DNA of 63,032 nt from an uncultured Lachnospiraceae bacterium (GTDB taxonomy: Bacteria > Bacillota > Clostridia > Lachnospirales > Lachnospiraceae): assembly GCA_964422365.1 (NCBI GenBank), contig CAYRAV010000013.1, positions 1 to 63,032 on the forward strand, given 5' to 3'. Below the pieces are notes generated by a model. That model had not been told where the DNA came from, made no database searches, and worked only from the letters and a program-made list of their open reading frames with translations. The position numbers and the translations under genes are program-made. Positions 10,241 to 20,377 of the stretch are shown one piece after another. Every line of letters starts with the position of its first letter. Positions within the stretch are counted from its first letter, which is position 1.

Positions 10241-10524
10241 AGGGAATATTGTACCATTGTTTCTATAGGATGGACACCTGACTAGAGTATTGACATGGTA
10301 TGAGTGCGTAGTAAAATATAGGAAATGAAAGAAGAATGGATTCGTTTGAAAAACTTTAAGATAAATGATATTATAAATGTAGCAGTGTAGAGATACCATT
10401 TATATATGAATAATTTGTTCAGCCAAATTATAGATTTTTAGTGATAATCATACAGCCAGTAAATGATACTATTTGGGCATACTCGGTTGGATTTGGATAT
10501 ACTGCAATTTATGTTTATTTGGAC

Positions 10525-10700
10525 TAGAGTGTGTTTGAAAATTGCGTTCTATTCATTAATATGCTAAAATACAAAGTAAATTATGTGGAAATCCAACATG
10601 TTTTCATACAATAATCAGAAATTTCCTATAGTTACCATTTCATATAACCGTAGAGATTTTTTATATTTACTGTGCAGTTTTTAATTTACAAATACACTCT
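10525..10700 (+). mobile_element. MITE copy (divergent interior lacking the hairpin)
   Basis: Left terminus TAGAGTGTGTTTGAAAATT. Right terminus ACAAATACACTCTA. Flanked by TA on both sides. Confidence 0.55.
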
Positions 10701-10865
10701 AGCGGACTTTGCTTGTGATAAGTGGATACCATAATGGATGTGTTTTTTGCTGAAAAAATAAGGGTGAATGGTATGGATGAATATATATTTGATAATATAA
10801 CAAAAGAGTTTCTTTTATCCTTTAATGGGATTGTGTAATAGAGAAACAACAATACGGAGGAAGAT

Positions 10866-11678
10866 ATGGTTAAAAGAAGAATAAATAATTTTAGTCTGTC
10901 ACAAATCTGCCAGTCGGGACAGTGTTTTCGCATGATGAAAAAGAACGAGAATAGGTACAGTGTGATTGCGGGTGGATGGTATTTAGAACTTGAGCAGCAG
11001 GAAAAGGAGTGTATTTTTTATTGTGATGAGGATGAGTTTGAAAATTTCTGGAAAGAATATTTTGATTTAGAGGGAAATTATTCAGCTTATATTGAGCAGA
11101 TTAATCCCAAAGATACATATCTGCTCCATGCAGCAGCTTTTGGTTCCGGGATTCGAATTTTACGGCAGGATTTGTGGGAGATGATAGTTTCTTTTTTGAT
11201 TTCGCAACAAAATAATATTATACGGATTAGAAAATGTATCCAAAATATCTGTGAGCATTATGGCGAGCAAAAGGTAAATGTGTGGGGAGAGAAGTATTAT
11301 ACATTTCCAAGTGCGGAATCTTTGGCAGGGTTAGAGGAGGATGCTTTAAAGGAGTGTAATCTGGGTTACCGCAGTAAATATGTAGTCCGTACTTCCAGAA
11401 GCATCGTTTCAGGTGAATTAGATTTAGATGCGGTTCGGGGGATGTCCTATAAGAAAGCTAAGGAAGAGCTGCTGAAGTTATTTGGAGTTGGAGAGAAGGT
11501 AGCAGATTGTATCTGCCTTTTTGCCCTACACCACTTACAGGCGTTTCCTATTGATACCCATATTAGTCAGGCATTGGAAAATCATTATAAGAAAGGATTT
11601 CCGAATCGTAGATACAATGGTTATCAGGGAGTGATGCAGCAGTATATATTTTATTATGAATTGCTTGGAGAGAAGTAG
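10866..11678 (+). CDS. 8-oxoguanine DNA glycosylase / HhH-GPD base-excision repair enzyme (Ogg family)
   Basis: HhH-GPD motif (GVGEKVADCICLFAL-D-FPIDTH) with a catalytic Lys/Asp context. Confidence 0.75.
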   Translation: MVKRRINNFSLSQICQSGQCFRMMKKNENRYSVIAGGWYLELEQQEKECIFYCDEDEFENFWKEYFDLEGNYSAYIEQINPKDTYLLHAAAFGSGIRILRQDLWEMIVSFLISQQNNIIRIRKCIQNICEHYGEQKVNVWGEKYYTFPSAESLAGLEEDALKECNLGYRSKYVVRTSRSIVSGELDLDAVRGMSYKKAKEELLKLFGVGEKVADCICLFALHHLQAFPIDTHISQALENHYKKGFPNRRYNGYQGVMQQYIFYYELLGEK

Positions 11679-11803
11679 AGAATGTTTTCTGTTTGTAAAT
11701 GTCTGGATTTTTTTGGAATATTAAAAGAAGCCGATATTATCCTTATGAATTTATAGCATTTATTAAATAAAGGGGAATCTAAAAACTGCATAGAAATAAG
11801 AAT

Positions 11804-11966
11804 GAGAGGTTTAAGAAAATTCATTGCCCCAATCTGCACGTCCACTTTGCGTGTATATTTGCCCCAAATTCATTCAATGTAGCCCGCTATACCTCATGAA
11901 TTTGGAACAAATCCCCCACAAATTGTGACATACATCTTGTAACAAGCAATTTTCAAACACACTTTG
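11804..11966 (+). mobile_element. MITE copy (degenerate left terminus)
   Basis: Interior cattgccccaatctgcacg...ccaaattcattcaatgtagcccgctatacctcatgaatttgg...gcaattttcaaacacac matches the family consensus. Confidence 0.7.
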
Positions 11967-12012
11967 GTGTACATGAAAAATTTAAAAATCGAATGAAATT
12001 GGAGGAACGAAA

Positions 12013-12603
12013 ATGACTGAGAAAGAGAAAATGTTAAAACAGCTTATGTATGATGCAAATTATGATGAAGAATTAATAAATGATAGAGCAAACTGCAAGG
12101 ATATGTGTTACGACTATAATTTGCTGCGTCCTTCTGAAACTGAAAAGCAGACAGAAGTAATGAAGAAATTATTAGGAAAAACACATGGAGATTTCTGTAT
12201 TGTAGCTCCTTTTTGGTGTGATTATGGTTATAACATTGAAATTGGTGAGAATTTTTTTGCCAATCATAATCTGGTGATTTTAGATGGAGCAAAAGTTACC
12301 TTTGGAAACAATGTATTTGTGGCACCAAATTGTGGATTTCATACAGCTGGGCATCCAATTGATTATGAACGCAGAAATCAGGGATTGGAATATGCATATC
12401 CGATTACAGTTGGTGATAATGTTTGGATTGGTGCGGGGGTGCAGGTTATGCCAGGAGTTACAATAGGAAACAATGTAGTCATTGGCGGTGGAAGTGTTGT
12501 GGTAAAAGATATTCCAGACAATTCGGTAGCTGTTGGTAATCCATGTAAGGTAGTCAGAGTAATTACCGAAGAAGATAAGAAAAGAGATTATGATCGTGAA
12601 TGA
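12013..12603 (+). CDS. Maltose/galactoside O-acetyltransferase (hexapeptide-repeat transferase)
   Basis: Left-handed beta-helix hexapeptide repeats (VWIGAGVQVMPGVTIGNNVVIGGGSVV) and a Maa-like N-terminus. Confidence 0.85.
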   Translation: MTEKEKMLKQLMYDANYDEELINDRANCKDMCYDYNLLRPSETEKQTEVMKKLLGKTHGDFCIVAPFWCDYGYNIEIGENFFANHNLVILDGAKVTFGNNVFVAPNCGFHTAGHPIDYERRNQGLEYAYPITVGDNVWIGAGVQVMPGVTIGNNVVIGGGSVVVKDIPDNSVAVGNPCKVVRVITEEDKKRDYDRE

Positions 12604-12638
12604 AGTTTAAACAATGGATGATGCAGAAGTGGAGATGA

Positions 12639-14009
12639 ATGAAATTGAGTGGCAATGAGATCACAGCAAAGAAACGAAAACAGATGGATATGCTGCATGG
12701 AAAGTTAATGGATAAGCTGTTATTGTTTGCTTTGCCGTTGGCAGCAAGTAGTGTTTTACAGCAATTATTTAATTCTGTGGATGTAGCAGTAGTGGGACAT
12801 TATGCTGAAAGTCAGGCACAGGCTGCGGTAGGATGCAATGGTTCTGTTATCAATTTATTGTTGAATCTTTTTGTAGGAATATCAGTAGGTGCCAATGTAG
12901 TAATTGCTGGCTATATTGGACAGGAGCGAAAAGATAAAGTCAAAGAAACTGTTCACACTGCAATGGTGGTTGCCTTGTTCAGTGGAATTATGCTGTTGTT
13001 TTTGGGAATTTTGATTGCAAGGCCGATTCTCACATGGATGGATACACCAGAAGATGTGATAGAGCAGGCAGTATTATATCTTCAGATTTATTTTGTTGGA
13101 ATGCCTTTTATTATGATTTATAACTTTGGCGCTGCCATTCTTAGAAGTATTGGAGATACCAAAAGACCACTTTACTGTCTGATTATATCAGGAATGGTGA
13201 ATGCAGGATTAAATATGTTTCTTGTTATTGTATTTCACTTAGGAGTAGCAGGAGTTGGCATTGCTACAGTAATATCAAATATCATCAGTGCATCAATAGT
13301 GCTGTATTTTCTGACCCATGAACAGGGAATCATACATCTTTCATTAAAAGAACTTAGTGTCAAAAAAACGGAACTGATAAAGATTTTAAAAATTGGGGTA
13401 CCAGCAGGATTGCAGTCTATGGTATTTTCTGCTGCCAATGTTTTTATTCAAAAGGCATTAAATGGATATGGTTCGGATGCAGTAGCCGGTTCTGCAGTAG
13501 CCCTTAATTTTGAATACTATTCTTATTTTGTGGTGTCAGCATTTGGACAAGCAACCGTCACCTTTACCAGCCAGAACTTTGGTGCAAAACAATATGACCG
13601 CTGTAAAAAGATTTTTAAGCAGACATCATTTATGAGTGTCTTTGTCATAGGGTGTATGAGCATGATTTTCTTATTAGGACAAAGTTTTTTTATCAAATTA
13701 TTTACATCAAAACCAAAAGTGGCAGAATATGCATCTATCCGTATGGTATATCTGCTTACACTATATATTTTGCTTCCGATATACGAAATTGGCGGTGCTG
13801 CCCTTAGGGGAATTGGTTATTCAATGACTCCAGCTATATTGACTATATTTGGAACCTGTATTTTCCGCCTGACATGGGTTTATACAATATGCAAAAGGTA
13901 TACAGGTTTTAAGACTTTATTGTTGGTTTATCCTATTTCATGGGCAATTACGGGTGCAGCTGTGTTAACTGCTTATTTTATGATACGGCGAAAGGTGTTT
14001 GCAAAATGA
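12639..14009 (+). CDS. MATE family efflux transporter
   Basis: 12-TM composition with MATE N-terminal signature (LLFALPLAASSVLQQLFNSVD). The true start may be the ATG at 12687. Confidence 0.85.
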   Translation: MKLSGNEITAKKRKQMDMLHGKLMDKLLLFALPLAASSVLQQLFNSVDVAVVGHYAESQAQAAVGCNGSVINLLLNLFVGISVGANVVIAGYIGQERKDKVKETVHTAMVVALFSGIMLLFLGILIARPILTWMDTPEDVIEQAVLYLQIYFVGMPFIMIYNFGAAILRSIGDTKRPLYCLIISGMVNAGLNMFLVIVFHLGVAGVGIATVISNIISASIVLYFLTHEQGIIHLSLKELSVKKTELIKILKIGVPAGLQSMVFSAANVFIQKALNGYGSDAVAGSAVALNFEYYSYFVVSAFGQATVTFTSQNFGAKQYDRCKKIFKQTSFMSVFVIGCMSMIFLLGQSFFIKLFTSKPKVAEYASIRMVYLLTLYILLPIYEIGGAALRGIGYSMTPAILTIFGTCIFRLTWVYTICKRYTGFKTLLLVYPISWAITGAAVLTAYFMIRRKVFAK

Positions 14010-14039
14010 GAATTGTTTCATGTGAATTGAGAGGATATT

Positions 14040-14807
14040 ATGAATTTACAAATGGATCAGAGAATTGCTGAACAGTATAATAGCAATTCACAAAAAATAC
14101 GTGTTATTACAGAGCATTGGGTGCATAAGAATTTGTTTTGCCCATATTGTGGAAATCAGTATATTAGTCATTTTGAAAATAATAGACCAGTTGCAGACTT
14201 TTATTGCCCTCATTGTTTGGAAGAATATGAACTAAAAAGTAAAAATGGGCCTATTACTGCTAAAATAACTGCTGGTGCATATGCAACAATGATAGAGCGG
14301 ATTGAATCAATTAATCATCCTAATTTTTTCTTTATGCATTATAATAAGTCAGATTTAAGCGTGAAAAATTTTATTATGGTTCCAAAACACTTTTTCTCTA
14401 CAGAAATTATTGAGAAAAGAAAGCCCTTAGCAGATACTGCAAGAAGAGCAGGCTGGGTTGGATGCAATATTGTATTGAAGCAAATTCCAGAAGAAGGGAG
14501 AATCTATATTATTAAAAATGGGATAGAACAACCAATAAAGGATGTTATAGTGAAGGTAAATAAGACAAACTTCATTAGGGATTATAAATTGGATGCCAGA
14601 GGTTGGATTTTAGATGTCCTGAATTGTGTTAATAAAATAGATTCAAGAGATTTTACATTGAAACAGATATATGAATTTGAACAAATGCTTGCAGAAAAGC
14701 ATCCTAAAAATTATCATGTTAAAGATAAGATAAGGCAGCAGCTTCAGATTCTTAGGGATAAAGGAATTATTGAATTTAATGGAAGAGGATGCTATAAGAA
14801 GGTATAG
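14040..14807 (+). CDS. DpnI-type methyl-directed (Type IIM) restriction endonuclease homologue
   Basis: 255 aa. PD-(D/E)xK motif with D53, E64 and K66 (PVADFYCPHCLEEYELK), at the same positions as the DpnI catalytic residues. C-terminal winged-helix region (KIRQQLQILRDKGIIEF). Family identification is from memory. Confidence 0.75.
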   Translation: MNLQMDQRIAEQYNSNSQKIRVITEHWVHKNLFCPYCGNQYISHFENNRPVADFYCPHCLEEYELKSKNGPITAKITAGAYATMIERIESINHPNFFFMHYNKSDLSVKNFIMVPKHFFSTEIIEKRKPLADTARRAGWVGCNIVLKQIPEEGRIYIIKNGIEQPIKDVIVKVNKTNFIRDYKLDARGWILDVLNCVNKIDSRDFTLKQIYEFEQMLAEKHPKNYHVKDKIRQQLQILRDKGIIEFNGRGCYKKV

Positions 14808-14885
14808 TAGTTCTATGTGTTACAATAATTTTTAGTTATAAAAAACAATTCTTGTTGAACCATCAGAAAGTAAAAGGAGAAAAGG

Positions 14886-16208
14886 ATGTATACATTTCTA
14901 AATGTCATATTTGATATAAAGCAAAAATTTTCAACTGTTCTTCCAATTGTTTTGGATGTATTACAGGAAAAGAATTGGGAGAATGAAAGAGTTTTGTTTC
15001 ATTTTGCGGATGTTAATGATGCGGAAACAGAAAGGCGGACAGTACATGCAAAGTTATGTAAGGCATTTCCCCAGATGGTTCCTTATTGGAAAAGCGGATT
15101 AGAGGAACATAAGAGAGTTCATCTAAATTGTGATTGTTATCCGCATCAGTTTAGCTATTTTTCAAATTTTCCAAGTAGAGTGGGTGGAGAATGTGTTTTA
15201 AAAGCCGTGGATAAACAAATTAATAATAACTTGATATTGCAAATTAGCAAGAAGATTCCTAACCCCTATTCTTTGTATGGGGCAGTGATTGTCTTAGATG
15301 GAATTAACTGGAATACAGACAATGACCAGTTGCCAGTTTGGGATTGGCGTTATGATTTGAATGAATATGATACAAAAATAACAGATAATCAGGAACAGGA
15401 ATATGGCATGAACATGTCTTATTATCCAGCATGTTCTGAGTATCAAAATAATAGTATCATTTTATCAAAAGTTTTTGATACAAAACCAGAACTGGAACTT
15501 CGGATCAAATTAACACCATCACATAATCAGATAGAAGTTGAACGAATTGTCAGTGTATTTGCCCAACATTTTGGGACACCCGAAAAGAAATATGTAACTA
15601 TAGTTCCCTCAATTAAAGAGAAAAAAGAGTACTGCCTAAATCAAAATAAGATGAAAGAAATTTATAAAAAATGGAGAACGCAGATGGAAGAAGAATTAAA
15701 TTGTGTTGTACTTCAGATGAAGAATGATTTGGAGGGAATGAGTGAAACACAGAGAAGGAAAAACGTCAGCAGGAAAACAATACAAAAACATTTCCTTGAG
15801 AAAAATGGATTGAAACGTCATAAGATACATCGATGGGATGATCATGGATGGTATAAGATTCTGCCTCATAATTATTGGATGTATGTAGAGATGTATATAC
15901 AACCCAAGCCTCAGGATACAGGATATAAGAATGAAAGCTGGATTGAAGTGGTGTGTTATGGAATGAATTTTGACTTACATGACAGGATAGTAATAAATAA
16001 TTTTGCTAGTCAATTTGGAGATGTTGCTGCAATCATAACATTCGAAAAATTTCAGCGTTTTTTCAATAAGTTTGAGAAAGAGGTTATACCAAAACTGGCA
16101 GAGATTTTTGGGGATACACAATCAGAGTTTTATCAGGAATCATACGAAAGGACATTTCATTTTCATAAATATATGATTCATCTGGAAAAACACAATAATG
16201 TTCTTTGA
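14886..16208 (+). CDS. Hypothetical 440-aa protein with no recognisable domain, adjacent to the DpnI homologue
   Basis: Long ORF with RBS AAAGGAGAAAAGG, 78 bp downstream of the DpnI-like gene on the same strand. Confidence 0.65.
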   Translation: MYTFLNVIFDIKQKFSTVLPIVLDVLQEKNWENERVLFHFADVNDAETERRTVHAKLCKAFPQMVPYWKSGLEEHKRVHLNCDCYPHQFSYFSNFPSRVGGECVLKAVDKQINNNLILQISKKIPNPYSLYGAVIVLDGINWNTDNDQLPVWDWRYDLNEYDTKITDNQEQEYGMNMSYYPACSEYQNNSIILSKVFDTKPELELRIKLTPSHNQIEVERIVSVFAQHFGTPEKKYVTIVPSIKEKKEYCLNQNKMKEIYKKWRTQMEEELNCVVLQMKNDLEGMSETQRRKNVSRKTIQKHFLEKNGLKRHKIHRWDDHGWYKILPHNYWMYVEMYIQPKPQDTGYKNESWIEVVCYGMNFDLHDRIVINNFASQFGDVAAIITFEKFQRFFNKFEKEVIPKLAEIFGDTQSEFYQESYERTFHFHKYMIHLEKHNNVL

Positions 16209-16257
16209 ACGAAATAAGGGAGCATATTGATGTAAAAAAATTGATGGAGGAAAACAA

Positions 16258-16725
16258 ATGAAACTTAAAAATATGTTAGTTGTTGTCAATGACATAGAAA
16301 AATCAAAAGCTTTTTATAAGGAGCTATTTGGTTTAGAGGTAGTTTTAGATTTTGGTGAAAATGTCATTTTAACAGAAGGGCTTGTGTTACAGGAAAAACA
16401 ACTTTGGAAGAAATTTATTGAAAAGGATGTTCGCATTGGAGGAAATGATGCAGAATTGTATTTTGAGGAAAATGATATAGATGCATTTTTGAGAAAACTG
16501 GAGAAAAGCAGTTTTTCTGTAGAATACTTGAATAGATGTATGGAACATGACTGGGGGCAGCGTGTGATACGGATTTATGATTTGGATCAACATATCATTG
16601 AAATTGGTGAGACAATGGAGAGTGTAGCATGCAGGTTTTTAAAGATGGGAATGACAATAGAGCAGGTTGCAGAGAAAACACAGCTGCCATGTGATTTTAT
16701 ATTGTCATTAGAGGCTCACAAATAA
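16258..16725 (+). CDS. VOC (glyoxalase/bleomycin-resistance) family protein
   Basis: Small protein with a beta-alpha-beta-beta-beta module composition and a VVVNDIEKSKAFY start typical of the family. Confidence 0.7.
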   Translation: MKLKNMLVVVNDIEKSKAFYKELFGLEVVLDFGENVILTEGLVLQEKQLWKKFIEKDVRIGGNDAELYFEENDIDAFLRKLEKSSFSVEYLNRCMEHDWGQRVIRIYDLDQHIIEIGETMESVACRFLKMGMTIEQVAEKTQLPCDFILSLEAHK

Positions 16726-16828
16726 GAGTTTGTATTTTGATTAGTTTTTGGTTTTGCAATCAGATAAAAGGTATGATTTTGTGAGAGCAGATTGAAAGAT
16801 AAAATATTAATTTGAGGAGTGAAGGAAA

Positions 16829-17614
16829 ATGTATTTTGAAAAATTATGGCAGTTATTTGCAGGACTTTCGGAAATAACAGCAATTGCGCTTGGAGGTTCA
16901 AGAGCAGGAATGGAATATGATGAAAAATCGGATTATGATCTGTATTTATACTGCACAAGGTTACCAGATGAAAATGTTAGAAGGGCAATTCTTGAAGAAT
17001 CATGCAGTTACATAGAAATTGGAAATGCCTTTTGGGAGTTAGAGGATGACTGTACATTAAAGGATGGAATAGATATAGACATTCTGTATCGCAGTATGGA
17101 TAGCTTTAGAGATGGATTGATTGCTGTAGTAGAACAGGGAACAGCTTATAATGGGTATACAACCTGTATGTGGCATAATCTTTTGAACTGTAAGATTTTA
17201 TATGATAAAAATGGCGAATTGCAAGGTCTGAAGGACAGATTTGATGTTACCTATCCGGCACAGCTTAAGAAAAATATTATAAACCGTAATATGAAGCTTT
17301 TACATGGATATCTGCCTTCTTACGATGCACAGATTAGGAAGGCTGCTTCTCGTAATGATGTAGTGGCAGTGAACCATAGAGTAGCAGCATTTATGGAGTC
17401 CTATTTTGACATTATTTTTGCTTTGAACGAAATGACACATCCGGGAGAAAAAAGAATGGTGGAATTGGCATTGAAGAATGCAAGGAATTTGCCTTCTGGT
17501 TTTGAAAATCATATTGATAAACTATATCATTACTTGTTTATAAAATCAGATGAGGCGATGATAATTTTGGCAGAAATGATTGAAAATCTTGAAGCTGTCA
17601 TATCAATTGAGTGA
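16829..17614 (+). CDS. Nucleotidyltransferase-fold protein (Pol-beta superfamily; ANT(6)/Lnu-like N-terminal motif)
   Basis: GGSRAG-x9-SDYDLYLY (GS...DxD) nucleotidyltransferase signature. Confidence 0.65.
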   Translation: MYFEKLWQLFAGLSEITAIALGGSRAGMEYDEKSDYDLYLYCTRLPDENVRRAILEESCSYIEIGNAFWELEDDCTLKDGIDIDILYRSMDSFRDGLIAVVEQGTAYNGYTTCMWHNLLNCKILYDKNGELQGLKDRFDVTYPAQLKKNIINRNMKLLHGYLPSYDAQIRKAASRNDVVAVNHRVAAFMESYFDIIFALNEMTHPGEKRMVELALKNARNLPSGFENHIDKLYHYLFIKSDEAMIILAEMIENLEAVISIE

Positions 17615-17879
17615 AGAAAATCTGATATTCCACTCGACAATACTTCTCAAAAAAGAAACCTAAGATGGCATAAAGAAATTAGGTGTGCCTAAGGAGAAAA
17701 TTTAAATCTGAAAATATTCAAAAGTCAGGAATATTGTTGGTTCATGAATGGAATGAGTAAATGGAAAATACAAAAAATTACTTTTTATGCAATAAAGAAA
17801 GTGGAAGAAGAAAATGGATATAAAATATAGATAGTGACCTTAAGCTGCTTAAATTATAATTTTAGAAAGAAGTGTAAAC

Positions 17880-18563
17880 ATGCAATATACCATTTTGATT
17901 GTAGAAGATGAAACAGACATCAGTAAACTGTTGACTAAAATTTTGGAAACAGCAGGCTATAAAACAAATCAGGCATTTTCAGGAACAGAAGCAAAGCTCC
18001 TGTTGGAAAAAGAAATACCAGATTTAATTCTATTGGACCTTATGCTTCCAGGAATGGCAGGAGATAAACTGCTGTATGAAATCAGGGAAAACATGAACTG
18101 CAATGTTCCGATATTAGTTCTCTCAGCAAAGAGCTCATTAAATGATAAAGTAGCACTGCTTAATATGGGAGCTGACGATTATATTACAAAGCCCTTTGAA
18201 CCGGAGGAGGTGCTTGCAAGAATTCAGGCAGCTCTTAGACATATGGGCAAGACAGTGAATAACCGTCAAGCATTGTCATATAAAAGACTGAAGCTCTACC
18301 CAGAATCAAGAAAGGTAATCGTAAATGATACAGAGCTTGTATTAACGGCACATGAATATGAGATTCTCTATCTCCTTATGCAGACTCCTGAAAAAGTATA
18401 TTCAAGGGAAAATCTATATGAATTGGTATGGAAGGGTGGATATTATGGTGAAAATAACACGGTCAATGTTCATGTAAGCAATTTAAGGAAAAAGATAAAA
18501 GAAGCTGATCCAACAGAAGAATATATTCAGACTGTATATGGAATTGGATTTAAGCTTCCATGA
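17880..18563 (+). CDS. OmpR-family response regulator
   Basis: Receiver domain (D54 context LLDLMLPGM) plus a winged-helix output domain. Confidence 0.9.
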   Translation: MQYTILIVEDETDISKLLTKILETAGYKTNQAFSGTEAKLLLEKEIPDLILLDLMLPGMAGDKLLYEIRENMNCNVPILVLSAKSSLNDKVALLNMGADDYITKPFEPEEVLARIQAALRHMGKTVNNRQALSYKRLKLYPESRKVIVNDTELVLTAHEYEILYLLMQTPEKVYSRENLYELVWKGGYYGENNTVNVHVSNLRKKIKEADPTEEYIQTVYGIGFKLP

Positions 18564-18661
18564 AATCTTTATGACTTCTTTAAAAGTTTTTTATGACTTA
18601 TTAAAAATGAAAAGGATATAATATGTTTGTCAATAAAAAATTCTTAGAAAGGAAGAAAAAG

Positions 18662-19588
18662 ATGAATGAATATGTCATAGAAACAAAACAGGCCACAAAG
18701 GTTTATGGTCCGGTCCTTGCATTAGACCATGTGGATATCCATGTAAAAAGAGGAAGCATATACGGACTGATTGGAGATAATGGTGCGGGAAAATCCACTC
18801 TTTTAAAATTGCTGGCAGGGCATAGTTTTGCTACATCAGGAGAAATATGCCTGTTTGGCAGATGCAAAGAAAAGGAGTTGGAACGAAGCCGCAGACAGAT
18901 TGGTGCGAGCATTGAACAGCCGGGATTTTTCCCGAATATGACTGTGGAAAAGATGTTGGAATATTATCGTATCCAAAGAGGAATCCCAGAAAAGGGAAAG
19001 GTAGAAGAAATTCTAAAGCTGACGGGTATCTGGGATAAACGAAAAAGCAGATGCAAAGACCTGTCTCTTGGACAAAAACAGAGATTAGGGCTTTCGATTG
19101 CTATGATTGGAGAACCCCAGCTTTTAATATTAGATGAACCGATTAATGGATTAGATCCCAGCGGCATGATGGAACTTAGAAAACTGTTTCGTCGTTTGAA
19201 TGAAGAGAAAAATATCACGATCTTACTTTCTAGTCATATTCTATCAGAATTACAGCAGACAGCCAGTACATTTGGATTTTTAAGCAAGGGACGGCTGATG
19301 GAAGAAATCTCTGCAAAAAAATTATATGAAAAGTGTACAGATTATTTCAATATTACGGTTTCAGAACCAGAGGAATATATGGCACTGTTAGAAGGTAATT
19401 TTCCGGAAGAAGTCTATAAGGTACTTCCGGATAAGAGTATTCAGATTACCAATCCCAAAAGGGAGTCAGAAGTTTATAGCCGCCTTGCAGCAGAACATAA
19501 TATTTATATCAGGGGATTGGAGAAAAAACATGCTTCGTTAGAAGATTATTACATGAAATTGAAAACAGGAGGTCAGGGAATATGTTAA
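18662..19588 (+). CDS. ABC transporter ATP-binding protein
   Basis: Walker A GDNGAGKST, signature LSLGQKQRL, Walker B LLILDEP. Confidence 0.85.
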   Translation: MNEYVIETKQATKVYGPVLALDHVDIHVKRGSIYGLIGDNGAGKSTLLKLLAGHSFATSGEICLFGRCKEKELERSRRQIGASIEQPGFFPNMTVEKMLEYYRIQRGIPEKGKVEEILKLTGIWDKRKSRCKDLSLGQKQRLGLSIAMIGEPQLLILDEPINGLDPSGMMELRKLFRRLNEEKNITILLSSHILSELQQTASTFGFLSKGRLMEEISAKKLYEKCTDYFNITVSEPEEYMALLEGNFPEEVYKVLPDKSIQITNPKRESEVYSRLAAEHNIYIRGLEKKHASLEDYYMKLKTGGQGIC

Positions 19589-20355
19589 ACTATATAAAAA
19601 GCGAATTTTACAGGGTTTTTAATAACATGTGGGTTTATGCCACGGCGGGAATCCTTGCAATGCTCATTCTGTTTGCAAACTTGGTCTTATATTGGTTTCA
19701 AAAGTATACCATCAACTTTCCCTATGGAACAACCTCATATTCCTTTTCCAATATTGTTGCAGAGCCAATGTTATACTGTTACATAGCATTCGTCATTGTT
19801 GCAATTCTCTATGAAGGGGATAAACGTTACGGCAGTCAGAAAAACAGCATTGCCTATGGAATTCCCCGAACAAAAATTTTTGCAGGCAAGTGTATCGTCA
19901 GCTTGTTTACCGCCCTTGCAATCTTATTTGCTGTCATGACCGTTTATATTAGCAGTGCAATGTTATTATTAGAACACAAGGGGCCTGTAGATGTAAAAGA
20001 TATGCTGATGGAAGTTCCGGCAATATCTTTGATTGCAGTTTCGGCCGTAATTTTAAGTGTCATTGTTTTGGAATATTTTGATAAGAGCATTACAGGCATC
20101 ATTATATGTTTTTTTATATTCTCTGTAATACCAAAGGTTCTCTTTTATATGGGAATGAAGATTGATTTTCTTATGAATATTGCCATGTGGCTGCCACATA
20201 ATTTTTTTACTACAGAAATGAATGTTAATATGAGTCAATGCATAACCATATGGGATACGGCAGCAGGAATGGCAAAATGCCTGATTTCCGGTGCGGCAGG
20301 AATTGTTATCTTCAGTATTGCAGGGGTAACACTATTGAGAAAAAAAGATATTTAA
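19582..20355 (+). CDS. ABC-2 type permease (lantibiotic-immunity/Ecs-like)
   Basis: 6-TM hydrophobic protein translationally coupled to the ATPase. Confidence 0.65.
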   Translation: MLNYIKSEFYRVFNNMWVYATAGILAMLILFANLVLYWFQKYTINFPYGTTSYSFSNIVAEPMLYCYIAFVIVAILYEGDKRYGSQKNSIAYGIPRTKIFAGKCIVSLFTALAILFAVMTVYISSAMLLLEHKGPVDVKDMLMEVPAISLIAVSAVILSVIVLEYFDKSITGIIICFFIFSVIPKVLFYMGMKIDFLMNIAMWLPHNFFTTEMNVNMSQCITIWDTAAGMAKCLISGAAGIVIFSIAGVTLLRKKDI

Positions 20356-20377
20356 AAATTGCTTTGGAGGAAGGAAA

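Noticed and set aside
10667-10933. 88-aa minus-strand ORF
   Set aside because: Runs through the MITE terminal repeat at 10525-10700 and overlaps the ogg start. No RBS.
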